NCBI GenBank assembly: GCA_964561535.1
Contig: CAZLPZ010000001.1
Span: 40,946-104,945 of the forward strand
Length of the DNA stretch: 64,000 nt
From: an uncultured Pseudobdellovibrionaceae bacterium
GTDB lineage: Bacteria > Pseudomonadota > Alphaproteobacteria > Micavibrionales > Micavibrionaceae
Direction: 5' to 3'
Program-made: the position numbers and the translations under genes
Notes under the pieces: generated by a model
Told to the model about the DNA's origin: nothing
The model's input: the letters and a program-made list of their open reading frames with translations, nothing else
Database searches by the model: none
Part shown: piece after piece, positions 27,101 through 36,063 of the stretch
How the letters are laid out: every line of letters starts with the position of its first letter
How positions within the stretch are numbered: position 1 is the first letter of the stretch

Positions 27101-29686
27101 ACCCCCACATCTGGAAATATTATAGGATCTGTTAGCGGCGATACTTTTACAACGGTCAGTCTATCCGGTAATCTTTTAGCCGATGCCCGTGGAGGCGACG
27201 GAACATTAAAAGTATCATCTTACGCGGGCCATACAGTCCCAGTGGGATCATCCATCACTCTCAACGGTGCTGATTTAGGGGATACAGGCATTATCTCGCT
27301 TACTGTTCACTCGAATGGAAACTATACATTAATTGGTGCAACAGGCGCCTATTTTACAAATTTTACCCCTACATTCGTGATATCGGACCAAGATGGGGAT
27401 ATTGCAACCGTCGGGCATGTTCTGACCGTTCATAACGCCGAAACATCTGCAACAGCACCGCTAGTCAGCGCGAATACCCTGACATTCGATGAAGATTCAT
27501 CCGGACGTTTGATTTTAAACATCACGAACCAAGATACAAATTCAGAAAGATTAACGATCCGTGTTACAGGTATTCCAATCGGTTGGACGATCACAGATCT
27601 TGCGGGGGGAACATTTACAAATGGTACCTGGACACGAGAACTGAGTGTAGGCGAAAGTTTAAGTAATACAGGGCCTGTTTTAAAATCACCTGCAGATTGG
27701 AACGGATCTTTAAATTTAGGTGTCAGCGCCATATCAACGGAAATCAATGGCGATGCCGTTTCAAGTACAATCAGCGCCGTCGCCGCTGTTACCGTCACCC
27801 CGGTTAATGATGCCCCGACCATCGCTGCAACGGGCCCGGGACTTGTTTCTGAAAATGTCGCAGCCGGTACCGTTGTTTCCGGGGTCACTTTATCCCCTGC
27901 AGATATCGATAGTCTGAATGTACGTTCGGTTATCTTTGGCGGAAATACCAATAATGCGTTTTCGATTGACCCCATCACTGGCAATATTATAACCAATACA
28001 ATGCTGGACCGTGAGTTAATTTCATCTTATGACCTGATTATCCGCGCCGTTGATTCAGAAGGCCTGTCTAGTTTAGTGGCCCAAACTGTCCATATTGATG
28101 TTGGGAACGTCAATGAAGCGCCGATACTTGTGACAACCCCCTTTGGATTTGTCTCTGAAAATGTCGCGGCAGGGACGGTTGTCGCGGGGGTAACGGGGAC
28201 CGGAACAACTGTTCCGGGGATCGTTATATCGGCAACTGATATCGACAGTATCGACCTGCGTTTTGGAATTGTTGGTGGCAACATAAATAATGCATTCACC
28301 ATTAATGCCATCACGGGTGTTATCACAACAACCGCCTCTCTCGATTATGAATCAATATCAGCATATGACATAGAGATCCATGTCGTTGATCCAGATGGTT
28401 TATCCAGTTCATTGCCTCACACCGTTCATATTGATATTGGTAACGTCAATGAAGCACCAACGCTTGTGGCGACAGGCCCGGGATCTGTTTCAGAAAATGT
28501 TGTAGCGGGCACTGTCGTTTCAGGACTCATAATATCCGCCACCGATATTGACAGTCCCCCACCTCGTTTCGAAATTATGGCCGGAAATACAGGCAATGCA
28601 TTCACCATTAATGCCAGCACGGGGGCAATTACCACAGCGGCTGTTCTGAATTTCGAAGCTATCAATACATATGTTCTCACAATTGAAGCATATGATACAG
28701 GTGGCTTGAGAAGTGGAACCCAAACCGTCCGTATTAATGTCGGCGATGTTAATGAAAATATCGCTATTGTTCTTCCTGCCACTGGAGGTAATGGAGCCCC
28801 TGGAGTTGGTGGTGCTGGTGGTGGAGCTCCTGGAACAGGCGCCGGTGGTGTAACAGATAGTTCTGGAGCCGCAATTGGCACAGGTTCTGGTGGTACACTT
28901 GGTGGTTCAGGGGATGTCGACAGTAATGGAGATGGAAATTCGGGGCCCCTTGTTCTCGATCTTAACCACAATGGCATTGAATTAATCTCAATCCATCAGG
29001 GTATCCGGTTTGACATGACGAATGACGGTATCCGCGATATCACGGGGTGGGTCGCGGCCAGTGATGGACAACTGGCGGTGGATTTGAACGGCAATGGTAT
29101 CATTGATAATCAACATGAATTATTTGGACAACCCATGGGAACGTCCCTCGATATCAATGGCTTTACAGATCTCTCAACATTTGACAACACCCACGACGGA
29201 AAAGTCGACGCGATGGACAGTGTGTGGTCAAAACTGATCGTGTGGCAAGATTTGAATCAAGACGGTATTTCCCAAGTTAACGAAATGAAGTCCGTTACCG
29301 AATACGACATCGCCTCGATCAGTACTGATGCCGTTCGCGTGAACGAAACTGTTGCCGAAAATCATATTTATTGGGACGGTAATATCACCTTAAATGATGG
29401 GTCATCGATGGATATTGTTGATGCGTATTACCAAGTCATTGATGGAACAAAGACCGATAATATGTCTGTATCAACATCAGCTATTGACGCCGCCATTTCT
29501 GAAACGTTGGTGGGACAATTATCATCCGATCAGACAAGCGATATCGACGCTGCCATTCACGAATTTTTGATTTTAACTGGCACGGATACGGCCGCTATAT
29601 CAAGTAACATCGTTACCGAAACAACCCCGTATCACGATATCATCGTTATAAACGACCCTCTCGTGCAGGATAATCCGCAGGTATAA
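24116..29686 (+). CDS. giant repeat adhesin: VCBS-like modules, three cadherin repeats, a Gly-rich linker and a Ca-binding-loop C-terminal domain
   Basis: Eight modules end in D.FTYT..D.DGD.S.ATL.I. Three modules run VNEAP...VSENVAAGTVV...ATDIDS...NNAF.I...TG.I.T...LD.E....Y.L.I. The C-terminus has PLVLDLNHNGIE and DxNxDG loops. No Sec signal peptide. Confidence 0.85.
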   Translation: MTISSSTPASVSVSTSGASSHDGRVFEGKNNEKSELSQSITPITLLSEDRILEQNNTLILSTSRTDALQDGQNLWIDAKIANTPKIDITDIQLRDHSDPLTLITALKIAGDIPSNLDDILENLTSLTPNITPAAGTGIVVDSPNAADMLALQDILANMEPASGDSGSSGPKNSSGFNSNVDPAILLGLDRLGAILATAGLYGLDGESDRRFESDLNLRNIPELTSINDTDLFDGFIGVSGQGNILDNDTTTSGGLVLKTILFNNVIHDVPSTGPLEIVGTMGVLSILATGDYTYTPLNASDIGTDISGVDLFTYTASDAAGLTSTATLAITVQDSIPVALDDIITADHMNLVRSGNLISGDQGGNGPLHIATINGQPIPINGLTIDNPALGYQLIIQTDGSYTLTADNLRTGTDTLTYTTVDRDGDPSGTATIALNFSDTAPIVTSKIISSTNMNLVSEGELITGADVIPDGGAHIAILGGVTLPPSGSWIMDTVDYTLTVSESGHFRLEGKNGHTTTNVTIPFTIADSDGDLSNTVNITLSVADALPIAVASGIDLQGHLDIATQMISGNYTGAINLTSHGDAIERFTLDSSAVGSFGSITLNENGTWSYALNASKTLLTSGVELVENFTYTVTDADGDTSTSNISVRIGSDGTWEVANLLPIAADGPGGTSIGEVAISGNIISSLVTSGNGVKTITSININGGPALTVSATDTTHEGTFGRLTIRGDGTYRYVGKDDLVGPETITYTVRDADGDTDTGILTLAAHDHAPTAVADTASVQGTLNIDTQMVTRTLTVTAANGVLANDTDGDGIKTVVTTTVIGTFGTLTLSADGSYTYNLNASKLALQGSPSESFSYTMRDADGDTSTATLSIGISPDGTWSTTNQLPLANADTNASTAESTVNGNVITTGPGADQLGDGQLRVVDVRLGSGAPVIVGTGVILDGTNGRLILNSDGSYAYRGFDDRNGTDTFTYTIMDRDGDKSSTTLTLNASDATPTSGNIIGSVSGDTFTTVSLSGNLLADARGGDGTLKVSSYAGHTVPVGSSITLNGADLGDTGIISLTVHSNGNYTLIGATGAYFTNFTPTFVISDQDGDIATVGHVLTVHNAETSATAPLVSANTLTFDEDSSGRLILNITNQDTNSERLTIRVTGIPIGWTITDLAGGTFTNGTWTRELSVGESLSNTGPVLKSPADWNGSLNLGVSAISTEINGDAVSSTISAVAAVTVTPVNDAPTIAATGPGLVSENVAAGTVVSGVTLSPADIDSLNVRSVIFGGNTNNAFSIDPITGNIITNTMLDRELISSYDLIIRAVDSEGLSSLVAQTVHIDVGNVNEAPILVTTPFGFVSENVAAGTVVAGVTGTGTTVPGIVISATDIDSIDLRFGIVGGNINNAFTINAITGVITTTASLDYESISAYDIEIHVVDPDGLSSSLPHTVHIDIGNVNEAPTLVATGPGSVSENVVAGTVVSGLIISATDIDSPPPRFEIMAGNTGNAFTINASTGAITTAAVLNFEAINTYVLTIEAYDTGGLRSGTQTVRINVGDVNENIAIVLPATGGNGAPGVGGAGGGAPGTGAGGVTDSSGAAIGTGSGGTLGGSGDVDSNGDGNSGPLVLDLNHNGIELISIHQGIRFDMTNDGIRDITGWVAASDGQLAVDLNGNGIIDNQHELFGQPMGTSLDINGFTDLSTFDNTHDGKVDAMDSVWSKLIVWQDLNQDGISQVNEMKSVTEYDIASISTDAVRVNETVAENHIYWDGNITLNDGSSMDIVDAYYQVIDGTKTDNMSVSTSAIDAAISETLVGQLSSDQTSDIDAAIHEFLILTGTDTAAISSNIVTETTPYHDIIVINDPLVQDNPQV
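27801..28762 (+). repeat. three tandem cadherin-repeat coding units (about 300-340 bp each) with nucleotide-level similarity
   Basis: Repeat starts (NDAP/NEAP codons) are near 27801, 28101 and 28443, with the next one at 28750. A GTTTCTGAAAATGTCGC-like string recurs at 27846, 28150 and 28488. Confidence 0.75.
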
Positions 29687-29720
29687 AGAGATCCAATATA
29701 CTTTAACCAAAAGACCTGAT

Positions 29721-30251
29721 TTAAAGTAAGGCTTGTAATGCCTTTAATTCAACCAACGCCGCCTGCAATGTTGCCCGTTGGTCGACCGTCAGGCCCACAT
29801 TCAACTGGGTATCCATGATATCGACGTTCAAAACAACTTCCTGAATACGGGCATCAGAATTGGCCGCCATTACATCCCCCGATGCCGCGGCATGCATCGC
29901 GCTCGTCCCATGATCCGCGCCAGAATCTTTCATAAGGGATGATTTCGTAACACCTTTTAATAATTTTTGGACGCCCCGAATGGTATATCCTTCGGCATAC
30001 AATAAATGATGGATGTGTTTCAATAACGCCACATCTTCAGGGCGATAATACCGCCGCCCCCCACTGCGTTTCACGGGACGTACTTGAAAAAATTTTGTCT
30101 CCCAAAACCGCAACACATGTTGTGGGACATTCAATTCATCACCCACTTCTGAAATGGTTCGAAACGCCCCAGCTGCCTTTTGGGAGACAGACGCCGTCGA
30201 TAATTCAGACGTTTTGACTGAATGGCTCGTTTTCGTGGACAGTGCGGTCAT
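29721..30251 (-). CDS. MerR-family transcriptional regulator
   Basis: [49 protein letters not shown]. Start set at MTALST because the longer ORF start (30296) lies inside a repeat element. Confidence 0.8.
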   Translation of the reverse strand: MTALSTKTSHSVKTSELSTASVSQKAAGAFRTISEVGDELNVPQHVLRFWETKFFQVRPVKRSGGRRYYRPEDVALLKHIHHLLYAEGYTIRGVQKLLKGVTKSSLMKDSGADHGTSAMHAAASGDVMAANSDARIQEVVLNVDIMDTQLNVGLTVDQRATLQAALVELKALQALL

Positions 30252-30281
30252 GGTAACATCCCCTTTTATAAAATTCAATTT

Positions 30282-30307
30282 GTCATCCCCGCGCAAGCGG
30301 GGATCCA
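30282..30307 (+). repeat. short GC-hairpin repeat element GTCATCCCCGCGCAAGCGGGGATCCA
   Basis: Internal hairpin TCCCCGC/GCGGGGA. An inverted partner lies 17 bp downstream. Confidence 0.7.
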
Positions 30308-30324
30308 GTTGATCATAAAGACTC

Positions 30325-30350
30325 TGGATTCCCGCATACGCGGGAATGAC
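30325..30350 (-). repeat. inverted copy of the same element (TGGATTCCCGCATACGCGGGAATGAC)
   Basis: The reverse complement GTCATTCCCGCGTATGCGGGAATCCA aligns with 30282-30307. Confidence 0.7.
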
Positions 30351-30375
30351 AGACCTTCAAAAAACGCCCTGCATC

Positions 30376-30693
30376 TCAATCATCCGTCGTTGTCGACACA
30401 ACGCCGTTAATGCGATCTTTTAAAACATGCGAGGCGCGGAAGGTTAAAACTTTGCGCGGTTTAATCGCCACTTCAACGCCGGTTTTGGGATTACGGCCAA
30501 TACGTTCCCCCTTTTGCCGAACATTAAACGCGCCAAAACCCGACAATTTCACATCGTCGCCCCCGATCAATCGATTACTGATTTCAATGAACACTGATTT
30601 GACGAGATTAGAGCTTTCATTCCGCGACAGGCCCACCTGTTCATAAACAGCTTCGGCCAAATCCGCGCGGGTAATGGTACGTTCGGTCATCAT
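30376..30693 (-). CDS. ihfA: integration host factor subunit alpha
   Basis: [20 protein letters not shown]...[37 protein letters not shown] is the HU/IHF fold signature. Confidence 0.9.
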   Translation of the reverse strand: MMTERTITRADLAEAVYEQVGLSRNESSNLVKSVFIEISNRLIGGDDVKLSGFGAFNVRQKGERIGRNPKTGVEVAIKPRKVLTFRASHVLKDRINGVVSTTTDD

Positions 30694-30830
30694 GACACCT
30701 CGTGTGTTTTTTGAATAAAATTGGATAAAACGACCCTAACGCCGTTTTTAGGCATGAGTCAATAGGGGGAAATATGTTTTCCCCAAAGCGATCAAGGGGA
30801 TGGGGGGTGAGGTTCAGGTAAGTACCATTT

Positions 30831-31811
30831 TTAAAACCGAACAACTAGCGCGCCCCAGGTGAGACCCGCACCCAACGCCTCAAGCAGCACGAGTTGTCCG
30901 GGTTTCACGCGCCCATCACGCACCGCAACGTCCAAGGCCAGCGGAATGGACGCCGCCGATGTATTCCCGTGCTGATCCACCGTCACCACCACACGATCCA
31001 TACCCATCCCCAAACGGTCAGCGGTCGCCTTTATAATCCGTAAATTCGCCTGATGTGGGATCAACCAATCAATATCAGCGGGCGTCAGGTCATTTTTGAT
31101 CAACGCCTCATCCACAATGCTGGCCATATGCGTCACCGCATGTTTAAACACTTCTTTTCCGTCCATATGGGTCACGCCTGCCGTGCGCGTGGTCCCAGGA
31201 CCACCCGTTGCACATAAAATGCCTGCCTGCCGCCCATCCGCATACAGATGCGACGCAAGCACCCCGCGATCAGCCATTGTGCCCGCCCCATTTTGCGCCT
31301 GTAAAACAACCGCCCCTGCCCCGTCGCCGAACAAGACACACGTCGTACGGTCATTCCAATCAATCAAATTCGTGAACCGTTCAGCGCCAATCACCAATAT
31401 ATTTTTGGCCCCGCCCACGGCCATAAGGCTCGAGGCGACCGACAAGGCATAGATAAATCCTGAACATACCGCCTGCACATCAAATGCCATACACGGCGCA
31501 ATCCCCAACCCGGCCTGAACCATCACAGCAACCGATGGAAACGTTCGGTCGGGGGTGGTGGTTGCGACAATAATACCGTCAATATCAGTCGCACTTAAAC
31601 CGGCGGCCGCCATGGCGCGTTCAGCGGCCCGCATCGCCATAAAAGAGGTCGGTTCGGTATCATCCGCAATGTGCCGCTCATGAATTCCTGTGCGTTGAAT
31701 AATCCATTCATCGGACGTATCGACACCCCGTGTCACCAAATCATCATTTGTCACGCACGCGCGGGGCAAGTACGATCCAGTTCCGGTGATCACCGCGCGT
31801 ATTACCATCAT
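30831..31811 (-). CDS. fabH: 3-oxoacyl-ACP synthase III
   Basis: TSDEWIIQRTGI, AFDVQAVCSGF (active-site Cys), IPHQANLRI and GNTSAASIPLAL. Confidence 0.95.
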   Translation of the reverse strand: MMVIRAVITGTGSYLPRACVTNDDLVTRGVDTSDEWIIQRTGIHERHIADDTEPTSFMAMRAAERAMAAAGLSATDIDGIIVATTTPDRTFPSVAVMVQAGLGIAPCMAFDVQAVCSGFIYALSVASSLMAVGGAKNILVIGAERFTNLIDWNDRTTCVLFGDGAGAVVLQAQNGAGTMADRGVLASHLYADGRQAGILCATGGPGTTRTAGVTHMDGKEVFKHAVTHMASIVDEALIKNDLTPADIDWLIPHQANLRIIKATADRLGMGMDRVVVTVDQHGNTSAASIPLALDVAVRDGRVKPGQLVLLEALGAGLTWGALVVRF

Positions 31812-32866
31812 CCTGCCTCGGCCGTCACGGATGTTAAAAATGATTCCTGCCCCATCACTGCATCAATTTCAGCGGCAACGCGCCGGTTAAAATCCGTCGC
31901 AACCAATTCAGCCGCCCGTAAAATGGCATTCGCAACGCCAACAAAATCCGATCCCCCATGGCTTTTGACACATATCCCGTTCAAGCCCAAAAACATCCCC
32001 CCATTATATAAACGCGGATCAAATTGAGTTTTCAATTTTTGTAAACTGCGATACGCAAACAATCCCCCCAAAGTTGCCAGAAATGATAACCGAAATGCCT
32101 GCCGGATATATGTCCCGACCATTTTACCAACGCCTTCAGTTACCTTAATGACAACATTACCCGAAAACCCATCTGTAACCACAACATCCGTTGTACCCAT
32201 CGGAATATCATTACCTTCAATAAAGCCATAAAATTTTCCTGGAAATTTAATCGTCGACAAAATACGAGCCGTCTGACGCAACTCATCATGCCCCTTCATT
32301 TCTTCAGATCCAATATTCAACAACCCCACGGTTGGATTTTCGCATCCGTGCAATGTTCGCGCATATACGGCGCCCAAGACCGCAAATTGAACCAACATTT
32401 CGGAATCACATTCAACATTTGCCCCCAGATCCAAAATAATCGCCGGATCCTTTTTAACTGTTGGGAAAATACTGGCAATTGCGGGACGGTGAATACCCGG
32501 AAGCGTTTTTAAAATAATTTTCGCGGTCGCCATTAATGCGCCGGTATTTCCCGACGATACGATACAATCGGCTTCACCACGTGATACCGATTCAATCGCC
32601 TTACGCATACTGCTGTCGCGCCCCTGACGCAAAGCGACAGACGGTTTTTCATGGGCAGCAATCATGACATCCGTATGATGAATGGTCGATACATCCCGTA
32701 ATGCCGGTGTATGGGCCAGTTCAGCCTCAATCTCATGGGCACGCCCAAACAACATAAACCGAAGACGTGGGTTAAGTGACAGCGCACGCGCCGCGCCAGC
32801 TATCGCCGCACGCGGACCTTGATCGCCGCCCATAACATCAAGGGCAATGGTAATGGGATGCTTCAT
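31808..32866 (-). CDS. plsX: phosphate acyltransferase PlsX
   Basis: ITIALDVMGGDQGP at the N-terminus. 4-nt overlap with fabH. Start taken at MKHPITIAL. Confidence 0.92.
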   Translation of the reverse strand: MKHPITIALDVMGGDQGPRAAIAGAARALSLNPRLRFMLFGRAHEIEAELAHTPALRDVSTIHHTDVMIAAHEKPSVALRQGRDSSMRKAIESVSRGEADCIVSSGNTGALMATAKIILKTLPGIHRPAIASIFPTVKKDPAIILDLGANVECDSEMLVQFAVLGAVYARTLHGCENPTVGLLNIGSEEMKGHDELRQTARILSTIKFPGKFYGFIEGNDIPMGTTDVVVTDGFSGNVVIKVTEGVGKMVGTYIRQAFRLSFLATLGGLFAYRSLQKLKTQFDPRLYNGGMFLGLNGICVKSHGGSDFVGVANAILRAAELVATDFNRRVAAEIDAVMGQESFLTSVTAEAG

Positions 32867-32988
32867 AAAGACAATACAAAGTGAGGAAAAAGGAATATCC
32901 GAAAACACACGCAATCCCCGAAAGACACCTCATTTTGTTTATTTTACAAAAACAAAATGAGGGAATAGCGGGGGGTAACGATCTTAAA

Positions 32989-33168
32989 TTATTCCTTGGA
33001 TTCGATAATTTGTTTACCACGATACATGCCGGTTTTGGTATCGACATGATGGCGACGGACAGCTTCACCGGATGTTTTATCTTCAACCCAGTTAAACGCC
33101 TTCAAAGCATGATGAGACCGACGAATCCCCTTGCGATGTACCGAAGTTTTCTTTTTAGGAACAGCCAT
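32989..33168 (-). CDS. rpmF: 50S ribosomal protein L32
   Basis: [23 protein letters not shown] is the canonical L32 N-terminus. Confidence 0.93.
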   Translation of the reverse strand: MAVPKKKTSVHRKGIRRSHHALKAFNWVEDKTSGEAVRRHHVDTKTGMYRGKQIIESKE

Positions 33169-33301
33169 GATAATAATCCTTTTTCTTGCCGAATAATATG
33201 AACTGGCGATACCTTTAACGAAAATCTCCCCAAAATGCAAGCCCAAGACACATAAAAGAAAAAATATATTATGTTTATAATCTTATAGGATGACACTTTT
33301 A

Positions 33302-33943
33302 TTAAAGACTATCCTTCCATCCTTTTAAGGCCGCGAATGGACTATCCTCCCCCGGTGTACGCGATGGTGCATTCCCATCTTCAACGCCATGATCCTCATC
33401 GGTCCCAAAAACCACCCCTTCACGATCAGCGATCCCCAAAATCGGCAAAGCCTCGACCAAATTCACGCGCCGGGGGTACGGGTCAAGGGCGAGAGATAAA
33501 AATTGCGCCGCAACTTCTCCTAAATCGATCAGACCGCCCACCACCTGTTCCGGCTCGGCGGCTTCATCGATCAATTCGACCTCAATCGGGGTACCCTTTT
33601 GGGCGGCGCGTTGGGCCTTCGCCCGGGCAAACGGCACAACATCCCGTCGATCGGTGAAATAGGCTTCGATATCATCTGTCACATGCGCCGCAATAGGGTC
33701 CAATGTCACAACACATTCCTGAACGACATCCGCGCTCACGGTGCCCGTAATATGAATGACCGACCCGCCACGTTCACGCATCAGGGTCAGATGAGCAGAC
33801 GCCGCATCAACAGCAACGATGCCATAGCGTTCGGCGAGACCCCGGCACGTATCTTCATCCGCCGTTATTTTATAATGCGCAGGCGCCGTCGAGAGATCAT
33901 CGACCTGAACCGTAAAGCTCCATTCGGGTTTTTTGAATTTCAT
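33302..33943 (-). CDS. yceD: YceD/DUF177-family protein
   Basis: Acidic protein upstream of rpmF with the C.VTLDP core. Confidence 0.75.
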   Translation of the reverse strand: MKFKKPEWSFTVQVDDLSTAPAHYKITADEDTCRGLAERYGIVAVDAASAHLTLMRERGGSVIHITGTVSADVVQECVVTLDPIAAHVTDDIEAYFTDRRDVVPFARAKAQRAAQKGTPIEVELIDEAAEPEQVVGGLIDLGEVAAQFLSLALDPYPRRVNLVEALPILGIADREGVVFGTDEDHGVEDGNAPSRTPGEDSPFAALKGWKDSL

Positions 33944-34269
33944 GATGCTTGTTTTCCTGTTTCGTGATCAATCCAATTTAAATATCCAGGCAATCCAGCA
34001 ATAATTGGAATTGCAATAATTTGTGGGAGGTCATAGGTATGTAACGCTTGAATCCGACTTTCGACCTGATCATATAAATCAACTCGAGTTTTAATGAGCA
34101 GTACATACTCGACTGTATCGCATACTGCCCCTTTCCAGCGGTATAAGCTGTCAACTGTATGAATTTCAATACACGCCGCTAAATTTTCATCAATTAGTGT
34201 GCGGGCCATCTCGCCCGCATGCTCGCGAGACTCTGTCGTTGTTGTAATCAAAATATGTTTATGATTCAT
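33940..34269 (-). CDS. cutA: divalent-cation tolerance protein CutA
   Basis: LAACIEI..VDSLYRWKG........E..LLIKT......V...I...H.YD.P.I is the CutA1 pattern. Start set at MNHKHIL, just downstream of the preceding stop. Confidence 0.8.
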   Translation of the reverse strand: MNHKHILITTTTESREHAGEMARTLIDENLAACIEIHTVDSLYRWKGAVCDTVEYVLLIKTRVDLYDQVESRIQALHTYDLPQIIAIPIIAGLPGYLNWIDHETGKQAS

Positions 34270-34276
34270 TTTTTCC

Positions 34277-34873
34277 TCATCCGACCAAGGCCCGTTGGAC
34301 CTTTGGTTCATCTCTCTCCCGTTGGGAGAGGGGTAAATCCCTGGCCATCAAATTCGTATACGAGACCGACATTAATTCTTTCAATCGCGCTGTTACATAA
34401 TCAACCATCTTATCCACCTGATCATCCTGCACACCGGGCACGGTGCCGTAGATATTCCGGCACACGGCCTCATGCAACGCGCCCGCTGGCGCATCGGGAT
34501 GCAGGGCCCGGGTATAGGTCAAGCACCGCCCGTTCATCGCGCGCATCATCGATTTTACCCGTTTTGGCACGCCCAAATCCCCGACCCCCATTTCACGCAA
34601 CGACCGATCCATATCCCGAAACATCGCATCGAAAATCGCCTGAGCCAGAATATCGGGCGCAGCCCCAGAACCGCCTGCGCCTTGCCCGCTTTCGTTTTTA
34701 ATCCTGAATAACAACATAAACACATGCAGCGCGATCATCTCGAAGCGACCGTCCAACGTATCCGGAACGCCCCATTCCACATAAAAAACAGGCACACGCG
34801 CCGCCGAAACCGCCTGGTCATAAAGCCGCACGGCAGGCCCTTGCGCCGCTTTCCTCTTGAAATACCCAAACAT
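34277..34873 (-). CDS. ubiquinol-cytochrome c chaperone (Cbp3-like) family protein
   Basis: RLYDQAVSAARVPVFYVEWGVPDTLDGRFEMIALHVFMLLFRI matches the family N-terminal core. Confidence 0.7.
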   Translation of the reverse strand: MFGYFKRKAAQGPAVRLYDQAVSAARVPVFYVEWGVPDTLDGRFEMIALHVFMLLFRIKNESGQGAGGSGAAPDILAQAIFDAMFRDMDRSLREMGVGDLGVPKRVKSMMRAMNGRCLTYTRALHPDAPAGALHEAVCRNIYGTVPGVQDDQVDKMVDYVTARLKELMSVSYTNLMARDLPLSQRERDEPKVQRALVG

Positions 34874-34892
34874 TACCGACTACTCTTCCCTT

Positions 34893-34918
34893 GTCATCCC
34901 CGCGAAGGTGGGGATCCA
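34893..34918 (+). repeat. copy of the GC-hairpin repeat (GTCATCCCCGCGAAGGTGGGGATCCA)
   Basis: Aligns with 30282-30307. Lies in the divergent region between the Cbp3-like gene and bamE. Confidence 0.7.
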
Positions 34919-34947
34919 ACCCCACTTTAGGGAAACCGTATTCAAAA

Positions 34948-35415
34948 ATGAAGTCTTTTCTGATCCTCACCTTCTTTTTATCTCTTTCAGCCTTTACAAT
35001 ATCGGCTTGTACACCGACCCGAACCGTACGGGGGAATATTGTCGACGATTTTCGCCTAGCCCGCGTGACACCCGGGGTGTCCACCCAATCCGATGTCATG
35101 AACACCATCGGATCCCCCACGACAGCCGACCCCTTTGACCCAAATATTTGGTACTATATCGGCCAAAAAACCGAGAAAAAGGGGATTTTGGATCCAAAAG
35201 TCACCGACGAACGCATCATCCGAATAACCTTTGACCCCAAAACGCGGATCGTTGCCGAAATTGCGCCGCTGGATACCAAACGCAACGATATCCCCTTAGA
35301 AAAACGGGTAACCCCCACATCGGGCAATGATTTAAACGCCGTTCAACAAATGATTGGCAATATCGGGAAATTCAACAAATCCGGCGGCAAGGCCAGCCCC
35401 ACGGATGTCCATTAA
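34948..35415 (+). CDS. bamE: outer-membrane assembly lipoprotein BamE (SmpA/OmlA)
   Basis: Lipobox LSAFTISAC followed by RGNIVDDFRLARVTPGVSTQSDVMNTIGSP. Start set at MKSFLIL. Confidence 0.8.
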   Translation: MKSFLILTFFLSLSAFTISACTPTRTVRGNIVDDFRLARVTPGVSTQSDVMNTIGSPTTADPFDPNIWYYIGQKTEKKGILDPKVTDERIIRITFDPKTRIVAEIAPLDTKRNDIPLEKRVTPTSGNDLNAVQQMIGNIGKFNKSGGKASPTDVH

Positions 35416-35429
35416 AAGGAATATATCAT

Positions 35430-35975
35430 ATGACTAAAGGAAAACTCCTGATCGTCGATGACGATGTGGTTCTGGCCCAACGGTTGGGCAAAGCCATGGA
35501 AAAACGAGATTTTGTTGTGGCGGTTGCACATACGGTAGATACGGGCCTGGATACCGCGCGGACCATGCGCCCCGATTACGCCCTGTTCGATTTACGCCTC
35601 GCCGATGGGTCAGGATTGGACCTGGTGGCATTGGTTAAAAAGGCCGTCCCCGATTGTCGGATTGTTATGATGACGGCCTATGGCAATATCGCAACCGCTG
35701 TATCCGCGATTAAACAAGGGGCGGTTGATTATTTACCGAAACCCGCCGATGCCGATGCGATCGAAGCCGCGTTGCTGGCCCACGCGGGCACAAAATTGCC
35801 CCCGCCCCCATCAAACCCCATGCCTGCGGACCGGATTAAATGGGAACATATTTTGCGCATTTATGAACAATGCGGGCGGAACGTGTCGGAAACCGCGCGA
35901 CGCCTACAAATGCACCGCCGGACGTTACAACGGATTCTCGCCAAATACGCCCCCAAAGAAACAGGTGAAGAATAA
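35430..35975 (+). CDS. RegA/PrrA/ActR-type response regulator
   Basis: Receiver domain (LLIVDDD...FDLRLADGSG) plus the near-invariant C-terminal HTH NVSETARRLQMHRRTLQRILAK. Confidence 0.85.
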   Translation: MTKGKLLIVDDDVVLAQRLGKAMEKRDFVVAVAHTVDTGLDTARTMRPDYALFDLRLADGSGLDLVALVKKAVPDCRIVMMTAYGNIATAVSAIKQGAVDYLPKPADADAIEAALLAHAGTKLPPPPSNPMPADRIKWEHILRIYEQCGRNVSETARRLQMHRRTLQRILAKYAPKETGEE

Positions 35976-36063
35976 GCAATATGTTAAAAATATTTCTTTT
36001 CGTCAGAACAGTTTACTGCTTGTCGACGCCGCAAATAATGGTTAATAAATTCAAACCATTATC

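Noticed and set aside
27430-28977. Two minus-strand ORFs of 188 and 183 aa inside the adhesin gene
   Set aside because: Their Pro/Ala/Val-rich translations are the reverse complement of the Gly/Thr/Asp-rich repeat coding sequence. The plus-strand frame is continuous for 1856 aa with recognisable cadherin motifs.
30222-30410. 62-aa ORF translating to ...VIPAQAGIQ...[12 protein letters not shown]
   Set aside because: It is generated by reading through the two GC-hairpin repeat units at 30282-30350. The same peptide-like strings arise wherever the repeat occurs.
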